DNA of 64,000 nucleotides from Dehalococcoidia bacterium (GCA_965220245.1 CBDCPI010000008.1:198412-262411), one strand, 5' to 3'; shown: positions 18,998 through 27,613, counted from the first letter of the stretch. The notes: generated by a model not told the origin, from the sequence alone. Translations and numbers: made by a program.

Positions 18998-20497
18998 TCA
19001 ACCACTGTGGCTCCCGGCGTTGCCTTCTTTGGTGGGGCGCCGCTCCGTCCCCATGAGCAAGGCCGGCACTATCGCCGCTAAGATTACCCCGGCGGCGACG
19101 CGGAAAAAGCTGTGGAACAGGGTCATACCGGCCTCGGTTAAGCGGGAATTATATTCGGCAAGCTGTGCTTCGACCTCCGCTGCCGCTTCTCCAACCCCTT
19201 GCAGAGGCAGTTCCAGACCACTGGTTAGGGCCTGAAAGTGTTCCACTCCCCAAGCCGCCAACGCGGCTAGGCCCAGCGTCATTCCCAGCATCCGCGACAC
19301 CACCACCAAGGAGGCGGCTGTGCCCCGGTGCGCGTCCTCCACGACGCTGAGGGCCCGGGTCATGATGGGGGTATTGTTCAGCCCGAATCCTAGGCCAGCG
19401 ACCGCCAAATGCACTGTAAGCCAGGGCTCCGATACCTCCAAGTCCCAGGTGCTAACCAAGACCAAGCCCAGCGCCGTCAAGGCGAGTCCGGCCACCGTCA
19501 CCGGCCGGACCCCAACCACCGTCAGCAGCCGTCCCCCCAGCACGGCTCCCAAGGGAATCGCCGCCGTCATACGCAGGAGCCACATCGCCCCGGTGAAAGG
19601 GTCCTTTCCCATGACCGTGTTCGCCATCAACGGGACCGTGACCATGGCAATAATCAAGGCCACGCCTTCGAGCAACTGGGTCAAGTTGGCGGCGACAAAG
19701 GCCCGGGAGCGCAATAGAACAGAGTCCAGCAATGGCTGCCAGGTTCGGCGTTCCACCGCCGCCAAGACCCCGACAAGAACCAACCCGGGTATACCCAGGA
19801 TCAGCGGCGTAGCCGAAGATAACGAAAACAGGCCTTGCCTGGAGAGCGCCAAGGACACCAAGAGGAGCGCGGCGGTGAGTAAAGCCCCTCCCAGGTAATC
19901 CACCCTGCCCCGGCTATCCGGTACGTCGGGCAACCGAAACAACGCTGCGAACAAGAAGGCGGCCTGCGGCACGTTTAGCCAAAAGATCCACCGCCAGTCC
20001 AAATAGTGAATTATCGCTCCGCCGTAGGCCGGTCCCAGCATCGACCCCGCTTCGGCTGCCCCAATGACGATGCCCAGCGCCAGTCCCCGGTGGCGTTCGG
20101 GCAAGGCGGTGCTGGCGATAGCGAGCCCAATAGGGACAGTGGCCCCGCCCCCCACGGCTTGGACAACCCGCGCGCCTATCATCCACTCTAGGCTGGAGGA
20201 AAGAGCCACCAGAGAGGTGCCGATGGCAAATACCACCAACCCGCCTCTATACACCCGGGAATACCCATAAACATCCCCAATCCTGCCAAGCAACGGCATG
20301 GTCACCGTATATCCCAGCAGATAGGCGGTAACCGTCCAAGAGACCCGGTCCAGCTCAACGAAAGGGACTTTGAGGTCCAGCATTACGCTGGGTAGAGCCG
20401 TGACCACCACTGTCTGGTCCAGGGCCGTGGTGAAGGCCCCCAGGCCAATGATCGAGAGGACCAGAGTAGGCGCCAAGGGCCGCTGCCAGCCGGTCAT
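18998..20497 (-). CDS. MFS transporter, DHA2/EmrB-like (about 14 TM)
   Basis: 499 aa with MFS motif A-like LGRIGDVYGYSRV and many hydrophobic segments. It lies 14 nt downstream of the LprG-like gene. Confidence 0.85.
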   Translation of the reverse strand: MTGWQRPLAPTLVLSIIGLGAFTTALDQTVVVTALPSVMLDLKVPFVELDRVSWTVTAYLLGYTVTMPLLGRIGDVYGYSRVYRGGLVVFAIGTSLVALSSSLEWMIGARVVQAVGGGATVPIGLAIASTALPERHRGLALGIVIGAAEAGSMLGPAYGGAIIHYLDWRWIFWLNVPQAAFLFAALFRLPDVPDSRGRVDYLGGALLTAALLLVSLALSRQGLFSLSSATPLILGIPGLVLVGVLAAVERRTWQPLLDSVLLRSRAFVAANLTQLLEGVALIIAMVTVPLMANTVMGKDPFTGAMWLLRMTAAIPLGAVLGGRLLTVVGVRPVTVAGLALTALGLVLVSTWDLEVSEPWLTVHLAVAGLGFGLNNTPIMTRALSVVEDAHRGTAASLVVVSRMLGMTLGLAALAAWGVEHFQALTSGLELPLQGVGEAAAEVEAQLAEYNSRLTEAGMTLFHSFFRVAAGVILAAIVPALLMGTERRPTKEGNAGSHSG

Positions 20498-20510
20498 GGG
20501 GACTCCGGCC

Positions 20511-21251
20511 TTACTCTGGCGGAGTGATGACCACGGGGGCGTTAATGTCGTCCAGAGTAAGCCGACGCAATGTGTCGGCTTCGTCAGTGGGAATTACCTT
20601 GCCGGAGATCAGGACCTGCAGAAGCAGACCTCCCGGATGCTCAAGCCAGAGGTCCAACTTCACGTCAAAACCCTCCCCGGCCCCCGGCACTAAGCTCCCC
20701 AAGACTTGAGAGCGGATCCGGCCTTGAATCTGCCGGGTGTCAAAGCCATTCACCCGCTCGGCGCCAACCACGGTTGGCGACTCTACTGCCATGATGATCT
20801 CCGCCAACGTCTGCCCCAAGTTCGTGAGCCTAAATGGTAAGACCTCCGGTTCGACCTTACCCCACTCTCCGGTAATCGGGTCCGTCATGTAGGCTTGATC
20901 GTCTATGGTGATAATGTCAACCTCGACATAGGAGCGCGGCAGAACCGTCTCGGCTTCGACTTTGAGGCGGAATTTCCCCGGAATGTCGGCCACTCCGTAC
21001 ACTTTTTTCATTTCCAAGAACCCTGGAATCAGCGCCGTAGTACCCCGTAAGTGCTCCAAGGTGAATGAAGCCGTTTCCAGCTCCAGGATTTCATCTACCG
21101 CCTGAAGCAACACCTCTTTGGCGTCCACTGGCTGGCTAGCCGGGACCGGGGAGGTAGTAGGCGCCGGGGAGCCGCAACCCACTGAGGGGAGAGAAGCCAG
21201 AACGACGGCGGCCAAGCCAATGAATACCCCCCGGCAGGCGGCGATTCCCAT
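20511..21251 (-). CDS. LppX/LprAFG-family-like lipoprotein
   Basis: I chose Met36 as the start because it gives the signal peptide MGIAACRGVFIGLAAVVLASLPSVGC. The mature ~215-aa domain resembles LprG-type lipid-binding lipoproteins. The alternative start is 21356. Confidence 0.55.
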   Translation of the reverse strand: MGIAACRGVFIGLAAVVLASLPSVGCGSPAPTTSPVPASQPVDAKEVLLQAVDEILELETASFTLEHLRGTTALIPGFLEMKKVYGVADIPGKFRLKVEAETVLPRSYVEVDIITIDDQAYMTDPITGEWGKVEPEVLPFRLTNLGQTLAEIIMAVESPTVVGAERVNGFDTRQIQGRIRSQVLGSLVPGAGEGFDVKLDLWLEHPGGLLLQVLISGKVIPTDEADTLRRLTLDDINAPVVITPPE

Positions 21252-21346
21252 CCCTGGCCGGAGTCCAGCCACATTCGCAAGGTCCATCAGAAACCCGATA
21301 TACCCCGTCGACCAGCATCCTAACTGCTGGGGAGGAAACCTCCGGC

Positions 21347-22798
21347 TCAATTCCAAGACCAGACGGCCAGCGTTCCCGTTGCGATCTCTTGTGGAGTTTG
21401 GCCTCCGTTGGTATCCAAGACGAAGACCCGGTCACCGGTAGGCGTGTGCCCGTTTTGTCGGCCAAAGGTGGGCTGCATAGTCCCCGCAACCACCAAGCGC
21501 GACCCGTCGGGGGACCAAGGAGAGTGGGAATAAGCATACTGGTCAAAAAATCCGAGCATGGTTAAGGTGTCGCTGGAGGGCTGAAAGCCAAAGAGAGGCT
21601 GGGGCTCTTCGCCCGAGACTCCGGACGCCATCCACTCGAAGGTCCGGTTACGAGTATTGAGGGAAACCCAAGCAATCTTATCGCCCTGCGGAGACCAGAA
21701 GAACGCAAAAATCGGTCCCTCGCCAACCGTCCTAGCCAAGCCCGTAGCCGTGGAAATAATCTGCAAACGATCAAATACTGCCCCACCAGCACTGCGCTGA
21801 TCGGCTACGGCCAGCTCTTCCCCATTCGGCGACCATGCCAAGGCGGCCAGGCCGCCAACGTCGAGCAGCTTGGAGGCGTCTCCGGGAGAAGCAACAGGGG
21901 AGACTAACAGGCTGCGGCCCGTACCGGTGTCCCCGAAGTAAGCAAATTGGGTCCCCCTTGGAGATAGCGCAGGCACTCGAAAAGGAACATTCGACGTCAA
22001 CAGCGGGCGCGGCGGCTCCCTAAAGGGCCTTTGCGCCAGCATGATTTCCGGGCCGCGGTGGATGAGAAGGGCGCTGCTATCCGCTGCCCAATGGAAATAC
22101 AGCGGCGCTCCCGATTCGACGGCTACCGGCGGCTCCTCACTCTCGACCTCATCCAAGAAGAGGGTCAGGCCTTCACCGGTCGCTGCAATAAAAGCCAAGT
22201 AACTACTATCCGGAGACCAGTACAGGTAATGGGGAGCCCCCTGCGCTACCAGACCGCCGCCGGCGTTGACGTAAGCTGACTTAGCCAGGGAGGTGCTGGT
22301 GTCGATAATCTCAATAGAGACCTGGGGTTGATTGTTAACCACCCGCACTCTGGAGGCGGCTATCTTCCTTCCGTCAGGGGACCATGTCGGCCAAGCATAA
22401 TAGGCGTCAACGTTCAACGTCTGCGCTTGCAGTTGGCCCGCAGCGCCGGCCCCGGCTTGGCTACCGCCAGTCAATGACCGTTGATCGCGGCCATCAGGCC
22501 CAATCATAGCCAAGTTGCCCGTGGAGTTTACGTAGACTATTCGGTCCAAGGCCAATCCAGACACCGAGTCGGAACCCGGAGTTTGGGGCTGCACCGTCGG
22601 CGTTTCGACTGCCTCAAGCTCGCTGCCCCGCGGGGGTGTTGCAGTACCGTTGCAGGCCGAGAATAGTATCGCTGCCGAGACTAACGTAAAGGCGGCCAGT
22701 CCCTTGATTCCCTTCCACAAGCCGACCCCAATACCCTGATTTACCCTATCCAAGTCCCTGCCTCCGGCTCCGCCGCACCGGTTGCCCCAGAATACCAC
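21347..22798 (-). CDS. TolB-like PD40 beta-propeller lipoprotein
   Basis: 483 aa with lipobox ILFSAC. It has five WSPDG-type blades: WSPDGRKIA, WSPDSSYLAF, WSPNGEELAV, WSPQGDKIAW, WSPDGSRLVV. Confidence 0.75.
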   Translation of the reverse strand: MVFWGNRCGGAGGRDLDRVNQGIGVGLWKGIKGLAAFTLVSAAILFSACNGTATPPRGSELEAVETPTVQPQTPGSDSVSGLALDRIVYVNSTGNLAMIGPDGRDQRSLTGGSQAGAGAAGQLQAQTLNVDAYYAWPTWSPDGRKIAASRVRVVNNQPQVSIEIIDTSTSLAKSAYVNAGGGLVAQGAPHYLYWSPDSSYLAFIAATGEGLTLFLDEVESEEPPVAVESGAPLYFHWAADSSALLIHRGPEIMLAQRPFREPPRPLLTSNVPFRVPALSPRGTQFAYFGDTGTGRSLLVSPVASPGDASKLLDVGGLAALAWSPNGEELAVADQRSAGGAVFDRLQIISTATGLARTVGEGPIFAFFWSPQGDKIAWVSLNTRNRTFEWMASGVSGEEPQPLFGFQPSSDTLTMLGFFDQYAYSHSPWSPDGSRLVVAGTMQPTFGRQNGHTPTGDRVFVLDTNGGQTPQEIATGTLAVWSWN

Positions 22799-22925
22799 TA
22801 CCTCGCGTAGGCTAGCAACGAATCCCTGTTAGGCGTAACCGCTCAGAGTTGGTGAGGAGAATTCACTGGGAGCCACATCCGCAATGCCAATGCTAATCTC
22901 CCCACGACACTTTGCCGCCCGAACC

Positions 22926-23044
22926 CGTCATTCCCGCGCAGGCGGGAATCCAGAAACGCCAAGAAAGGGAACCCTTCGACAAGCTCAGGACAGGCGTTGC
23001 TGGTTGCAAACGCTTCTGGATTCCGGCTCAAGGCCGGAATGACG
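22926..23044. repeat. REP/MITE element with hairpin termini
   Basis: The ends are CGTCATTCCCGCGCAGGCGGGAATCCAG and CTGGATTCCGGCTCAAGGCCGGAATGACG. It contains the dispersed motif CCCTTCGACAAGCTCAGGACAGGC. Confidence 0.75.
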
Positions 23045-23102
23045 TATCAAGTCTGAACAGTTACGTTTGGCGTGTAACCGCTCAGAGGAGGACAACAACA
23101 AT

Positions 23103-23315
23103 TTATCCGTGGATAACTCCGCCCGGAGCCGTAATAGTTCAGCGCACTTTATATATAGAGCCGCCGGAATATTCACCGGTATATTGTCGCCCGCGTCGTA
23201 GCCGCCAACATATCCACGGGGATTCCGGTGTTATCCACGCATAAAGGGGCCTTCTTCATGTTAAAATTGCACCACTCAGGCCGCCTCCAGCTACTTTTAC
23301 CAGGAGTTATTCACT
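23103..23315. promoter_or_regulatory. cluster of five DnaA-box-like 9-mers (candidate oriC-type or DnaA-regulated region)
   Basis: The boxes are TTATCCACG (minus strand, 23108-23116), ATATTCACC (23169-23177), ATATCCACG (23210-23218), TTATCCACG (23231-23239) and TTATTCACT (23307-23315). An AT-rich tract at 23330-23360 follows. Confidence 0.3.
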
Positions 23316-23360
23316 ACGCCCACACCCTTATTATGATTATTTCTTGTAGAGTTCTTCTTT

Positions 23361-24638
23361 ATGATTGATACTGTTAGACTCAACGTAAAAGCAGGAAATG
23401 GTGGCAATGGCTGCATTAGTTTCTTGCGTGAGAAATACAACCCGAGGGGTGGCCCCAATGGTGGTGATGGGGGAGAGGGTGGCAACGCTTACGTCTGCGG
23501 GGACTCTTCCCTCAACACTTTACTTCATCTGAAGTTTAACAGTACGATTTACGTAGAGCCTGGCGGCCACGGCAAGGGCAAGAACAAACGAGGAGCCGAT
23601 GGTGAGGACGTCACCATTAGGGTCCCGCTAGGCACGCAGGTGTATTTATATGGGCCATCGGGGGAGCGGAGTTTGTTATATGACGTGGTCGACTCCTCTC
23701 CCCACCTGCTGTCCAAGGGCGGGAGAGGTGGCTGGGGCAACGCTCATTACGTGTCTTCGACCAATCAGGAGCCGGTGTTGGCCCAGCGCGGCGGAAAAGG
23801 TGAGCGCTCCGTATTATTCCTAGAGCTCAAGCTGTTGGCGGACGTGGGGTTACTGGCCCGGCCTAACGCTGGTAAGTCCACTTTAATATCTCGCTGTTCG
23901 GCAGCTAAACCCCGAATAGCCGATTACCCCTTTACCACTGTCGAGCCGGTTTTAGGCGTAGTCTCAGCCTACGGCGACAATTTCGTTATGATGGAAGTCC
24001 CAGGGTTGTTGGAGGGCGCCCACCGGGGAGTTGGCTTGGGGCACCAGTTCTTGCGCCACGCCGAGCGTACCCGTATCTATGTCCATCTCATAGATGGTCT
24101 CTCCGAGGACCCGGTTGCTGATTACCACATGCTGACGAATGAATTACAAGAGTTCAACCCGGCATTGGCTGGAAAGCGTCAGATAATCGCCGTCAACAAG
24201 TTGGACGTTACCGAGGTAAAGGAACTGAGGGATGAGATTGCTCTCTCCCTAAGGGAAGCCGTCGGGGACCCTGCGGTGCCAATAACCTTTATCTCGGCGG
24301 CGACCGGGGAGGGGGTGCCTGAGCTGCTGGGGACCATGGTCGAATACTTGGCCGCTGCAAAGACCGAAGAGAGTGAGACCGCGTTAGAGGAAGGGCGTTT
24401 CCGGAAACCTGCGCCGCGGTCCATGCCGGAACGTGTCTACAAATACCAGGGTCTTTATGTAGTCGAGTCGGAGGAACTGGAGCGTTTGGTAGCGCTGGCG
24501 GACCTCAGGGACCAGCGGGTCATTCTTCAGTTATGGCGGGAAATGACCCGCCGTGGTCTGGCCAGGAAGTTGGCTGATCTGGAGATCGAAGCGGGGGACA
24601 CGATTCGCATCGGCCAGTTTGAAGTGGAGTGGTTCTGA
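23361..24638 (+). CDS. obg: GTPase Obg/CgtA
   Basis: 425 aa with Gly-rich Obg fold GNGGNGCISFLREKY..GGPNGGDGGEGG, G1 motif ARPNAGKST, and a C-terminal Obg_CT-like domain. Confidence 0.93.
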   Translation: MIDTVRLNVKAGNGGNGCISFLREKYNPRGGPNGGDGGEGGNAYVCGDSSLNTLLHLKFNSTIYVEPGGHGKGKNKRGADGEDVTIRVPLGTQVYLYGPSGERSLLYDVVDSSPHLLSKGGRGGWGNAHYVSSTNQEPVLAQRGGKGERSVLFLELKLLADVGLLARPNAGKSTLISRCSAAKPRIADYPFTTVEPVLGVVSAYGDNFVMMEVPGLLEGAHRGVGLGHQFLRHAERTRIYVHLIDGLSEDPVADYHMLTNELQEFNPALAGKRQIIAVNKLDVTEVKELRDEIALSLREAVGDPAVPITFISAATGEGVPELLGTMVEYLAAAKTEESETALEEGRFRKPAPRSMPERVYKYQGLYVVESEELERLVALADLRDQRVILQLWREMTRRGLARKLADLEIEAGDTIRIGQFEVEWF

Positions 24639-24639
24639 T

Positions 24640-25863
24640 ATGCGAATTGGTATTCTAGGGGGTACCTTCGATCCTGTTCATCTGGGACACTTGATGGCGG
24701 CCGAAGAGACGCGGGTCCAACTCCGGTTGGACCAGGTCTGGTTCATGCCTGCGGGGCAACCCTGGCTGAAGGAAGGTCAGAAGGTCACGGCCGCGGCAGG
24801 CCGGGTGGAAATGTTGCGGTTGGCGTTAGCTTCCAACCCCGGGTTTCACCTCTGCCTTGATGAAGTGGAGCGGCCCGGCCTTACCTATACCGTAGATACC
24901 TTGCGGGGGATTAATTCCAGGCTTGGGCCGGAAGATGACCTCTTCTTTATTCTGGGCTTTGACGCGATGAAGCAGTTTCACCGCTGGAAGGAGCCTGAAG
25001 AGCTACTGGACCTGTGCCATTGGATTGTCGTGGAGCGGGCCGGCTACGAGGGATTTGACCTCACGGAGTTCTTGGACCGTTTCCCCAATGCTGCCGGTAA
25101 GGTTACCGGCTTATCTGTACCCCTGATGGGGATTAGCGGCAGTGAGATTCGCTGCCGGGCATCTACCGGGCTGCCGCTGAGGTACCACGTACCCGACTTG
25201 GTGGAGCAATATATCCGGGAGCGCCGACTGTATCAAAGCGATGATGACGACCAAGAGTGGTCCCGGGAGTCTCCGGAAGACCTCGGGGCTGCTGCCCGGA
25301 AGTCTACTTTGGACCGCCTGTTGGAACTGGCTGTGGAACGGGGCGCCATCAAGTACGGGCAGTTCACCCTAGCCTCGGGAAGAAGCAGTTCGTACTACTT
25401 TGACGGGCGTCTACTGAGTTTAGACCCGGAAGGGGCCCGGCTTATAGCGGAGGCGATGTTGCCGGGATTTAGGCAGGCCCGGGTTGCGGCGGTGGGAGGT
25501 CTTACCCTCGGCGCCGATCCGATAGTCGCGTCCATCGCGTTGGTCAGCGGCCAAGAGGGTGAAGGCATACCTGGATTCATCGTCCGGAAAGAGGTGAAGA
25601 CCCACGGCATGGGACAGTCGACCGAGGGCCCGCTCCGGCCGGGAAGCCGGGTGGCGATTGTCGATGACGTTTGCACCAGCGGCGGGTCTCTCTTCCAAGC
25701 CATCGAGGCGGCAGAGCTAGCGGGTTGCACCGTGGTTAAGGTGGCTGCGGTCCTGGACCGGAACGAGGGTGGGTCTGCGGAACTGGCGCGCCGCGGTTAT
25801 CCTTTTGTAGCTTTGCTGCGGGCGACCCCTGAAGGCCGGGTTGAAATAGCGGACAACCCTTAG
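24640..25863 (+). CDS. nadD: fusion protein: nicotinate-nucleotide adenylyltransferase (NadD) + orotate phosphoribosyltransferase-like (PyrE) domain
   Basis: The start ATG at 24640 lies 1 nt after the obg stop. The N-terminal part has GGTFDPVHLGH. An acidic linker DDDDQEW follows. The C-terminal part has KYGQFTLASGRSSSYYFD and the PRPP loop VAIVDDVCTSGGS. It is one uninterrupted frame. Confidence 0.8.
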   Translation: MRIGILGGTFDPVHLGHLMAAEETRVQLRLDQVWFMPAGQPWLKEGQKVTAAAGRVEMLRLALASNPGFHLCLDEVERPGLTYTVDTLRGINSRLGPEDDLFFILGFDAMKQFHRWKEPEELLDLCHWIVVERAGYEGFDLTEFLDRFPNAAGKVTGLSVPLMGISGSEIRCRASTGLPLRYHVPDLVEQYIRERRLYQSDDDDQEWSRESPEDLGAAARKSTLDRLLELAVERGAIKYGQFTLASGRSSSYYFDGRLLSLDPEGARLIAEAMLPGFRQARVAAVGGLTLGADPIVASIALVSGQEGEGIPGFIVRKEVKTHGMGQSTEGPLRPGSRVAIVDDVCTSGGSLFQAIEAAELAGCTVVKVAAVLDRNEGGSAELARRGYPFVALLRATPEGRVEIADNP

Positions 25864-25876
25864 CCGGGACACAGGC

Positions 25877-26965
25877 TTAAGCCTCCTGCTCCGGCCCGAA
25901 CATCTGGGGCAAGCCCAGCACCCGGGCCGAGCCTTCGGCAGGCGCTTCCATCTCCAGCACCCGGCCCGCGGTAGCTTGTGCCGTGCGCACGTAGGCAAGG
26001 CCGACCCGCTGTTCATCCACTGGGAGCGGGGCCACCGAGGTGACCTTGCCTACCCGTTTGCCGTCTTCAAGGAGAAACGCGCCTGGCGAGACTACGGCCC
26101 CTTCCTCGAATGCGAGCCTGACCAGGTACTTCTGGACTTTGTGGTAGGAGTCCAGCCTGGCGATGACTTCTTGGCCGATGTAGCAACCCTTGGTGAAGTC
26201 GATGGAGCCGATAAGTCCGGCTTCCAGCGGATTGTAGTCCTCGCCAAGCTCCGGGCCGTGGGAGGGCACGCCGGCCCGGATCCGGGCCGTCTCATGGGCG
26301 TGAGCCCCAATAGGCTCGGCGCCGGCCTCGACCAAGCTTTGCCAGATTGTGGGGGCGCTGTCAACGGGGCCTAGCAGGTAAAAACCGGGTATATCGGACA
26401 TTGGACAGGAGACTACCTGCACCTCGCTGCCCCCTAGGTCTACAGGCTGGTTATGGTACCGGGGCAAGGCCGCCAAGGGGCCGCCAGTGGCCCGCTCCAA
26501 GCTCACCGCGGCATCCGGTCCCCACAACGCTATCATGCAAGTGGCGGAGGAGACGTCTTCAACGGCCATGTCCTCCATGATGGTGTACTTGTCCAGCCAC
26601 TCGATGACCGCATTCTGGGTCTCGGGGCTGGTGAGCAACAGAATGTGGTCGCCGACGTGGACTACTATAACGACGTCTAGAATGCGGCCCCGGTCAGTGG
26701 TCAAGATTGTGGGAGTTCCCTGCCCGGAGGTTAAGTCGACTACCTTATTGGTGGAGAGACGGTTCAGAAGGTCCAGGGTGTCCTCTCCGGTGGCTTTTAA
26801 GCGGCCCATATAGGAAGCGTCGTACACTGCCGCTGCGGTGGTAGCTGACCGGTATTCGGCTTCGGCGTCCCTAAAGGCAGCCGGCAGTTCCCAACCGTAG
26901 TGTTCGAGGAACGTGCTGCCTTCGGCAGAGGCCAACGGATGGAGTATCGAGCGTTGCAGAGCCAT
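25877..26965 (-). CDS. GcvT-family folate-binding protein (YgfZ-like)
   Basis: 362 aa with an aminomethyltransferase-like fold: VYDASYMGRLKATGED ... KGCYIGQEVIARL. Confidence 0.75.
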   Translation of the reverse strand: MALQRSILHPLASAEGSTFLEHYGWELPAAFRDAEAEYRSATTAAAVYDASYMGRLKATGEDTLDLLNRLSTNKVVDLTSGQGTPTILTTDRGRILDVVIVVHVGDHILLLTSPETQNAVIEWLDKYTIMEDMAVEDVSSATCMIALWGPDAAVSLERATGGPLAALPRYHNQPVDLGGSEVQVVSCPMSDIPGFYLLGPVDSAPTIWQSLVEAGAEPIGAHAHETARIRAGVPSHGPELGEDYNPLEAGLIGSIDFTKGCYIGQEVIARLDSYHKVQKYLVRLAFEEGAVVSPGAFLLEDGKRVGKVTSVAPLPVDEQRVGLAYVRTAQATAGRVLEMEAPAEGSARVLGLPQMFGPEQEA

Positions 26966-26975
26966 GGCTCACTCC

Positions 26976-27335
26976 CTAGAATGGTCTTGCATGAAATTTC
27001 TTTGGGACTAATTTTTCTTCTATTGGGTCTACCGTCAAATTAAAAATTTCTAAAGCGGTTGACCCCAACAGATACTCATCTTCAGGACCAAAGATGACCG
27101 GACAGTACCATTTACGGTTATCAATAGTGAACAGTGCCATTCCGTAACCAGACTCCACCTCACTACCGCCTACGGCAACCCACCTGATGTACTCAGATGG
27201 TTCTAAACCAAGTTGAGTCAATATTGATGTGGGCATCATCGAGTGAGCGGCTCCGGTATCAACCATTGCTGATACTGATACCGTATCACTATCATGAGTA
27301 CGACTTATACCAACTTTAACTTCAAATGTTCCCAC
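26976..27335 (-). CDS. retropepsin-like (clan AA) aspartic protease domain protein
   Basis: 119 aa with MVDTGAAHSMM and a later YLLGSTALE motif. The gene is markedly AT-richer than its surroundings: five 60-nt lines I counted give 32-53% GC. Confidence 0.6.
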   Translation of the reverse strand: MGTFEVKVGISRTHDSDTVSVSAMVDTGAAHSMMPTSILTQLGLEPSEYIRWVAVGGSEVESGYGMALFTIDNRKWYCPVIFGPEDEYLLGSTALEIFNLTVDPIEEKLVPKKFHARPF

Positions 27336-27419
27336 GGTTTTTGCACCTACTTTATATACACCTCCGTGACGTTAAGGGATACTCGCCTAATTCAGGACGA
27401 TTGCAAAGTCAGTCAGGCG

Positions 27420-27558
27420 CTTTTCATTGTCACCCCGAACACAGTGAGGCGTCTAAAATCCGTCTGGAAGGGCGAAGTTGGCCCCAGTAAGAACTTTAGA
27501 TTCCTCGCGCTGCTCGGAATGACAGAAAGGGGGTCCAGAATGAGAATGAAAAGGCCCT
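27420..27558. repeat. MITE-like element (family 2), unexpanded copy
   Basis: 139 bp collinear with 7385-7628, but with a single GTCACCCC unit. It has the same termini CTTTTCATTGTC / GAGAATGAAAAGG. Confidence 0.8.
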
Positions 27559-27576
27559 TAATTACCGGTAGATGTC

Positions 27577-27613
27577 TAAAAAGCGCCGCCCGCAAAAGCA
27601 TCAGGGCGGCGCT
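27577..27613 (-). terminator. Rho-independent terminator downstream of the erpA-like gene
   Basis: On the minus strand, AGCGCCGCCC, a 12-nt loop and GGGCGGCGCT are followed by TTTTT. It starts 25 nt after the stop at 27638. Confidence 0.7.

Noticed and set aside
24553-24639. A 29-codon N-terminal extension of the nadD-pyrE ORF given by the track, overlapping obg.
   Set aside because: The extension is translated from the obg 3' coding region in another frame. The conserved NadD N-terminus MRIGILGGTFDP begins at ATG 24640, 1 nt after the obg stop.
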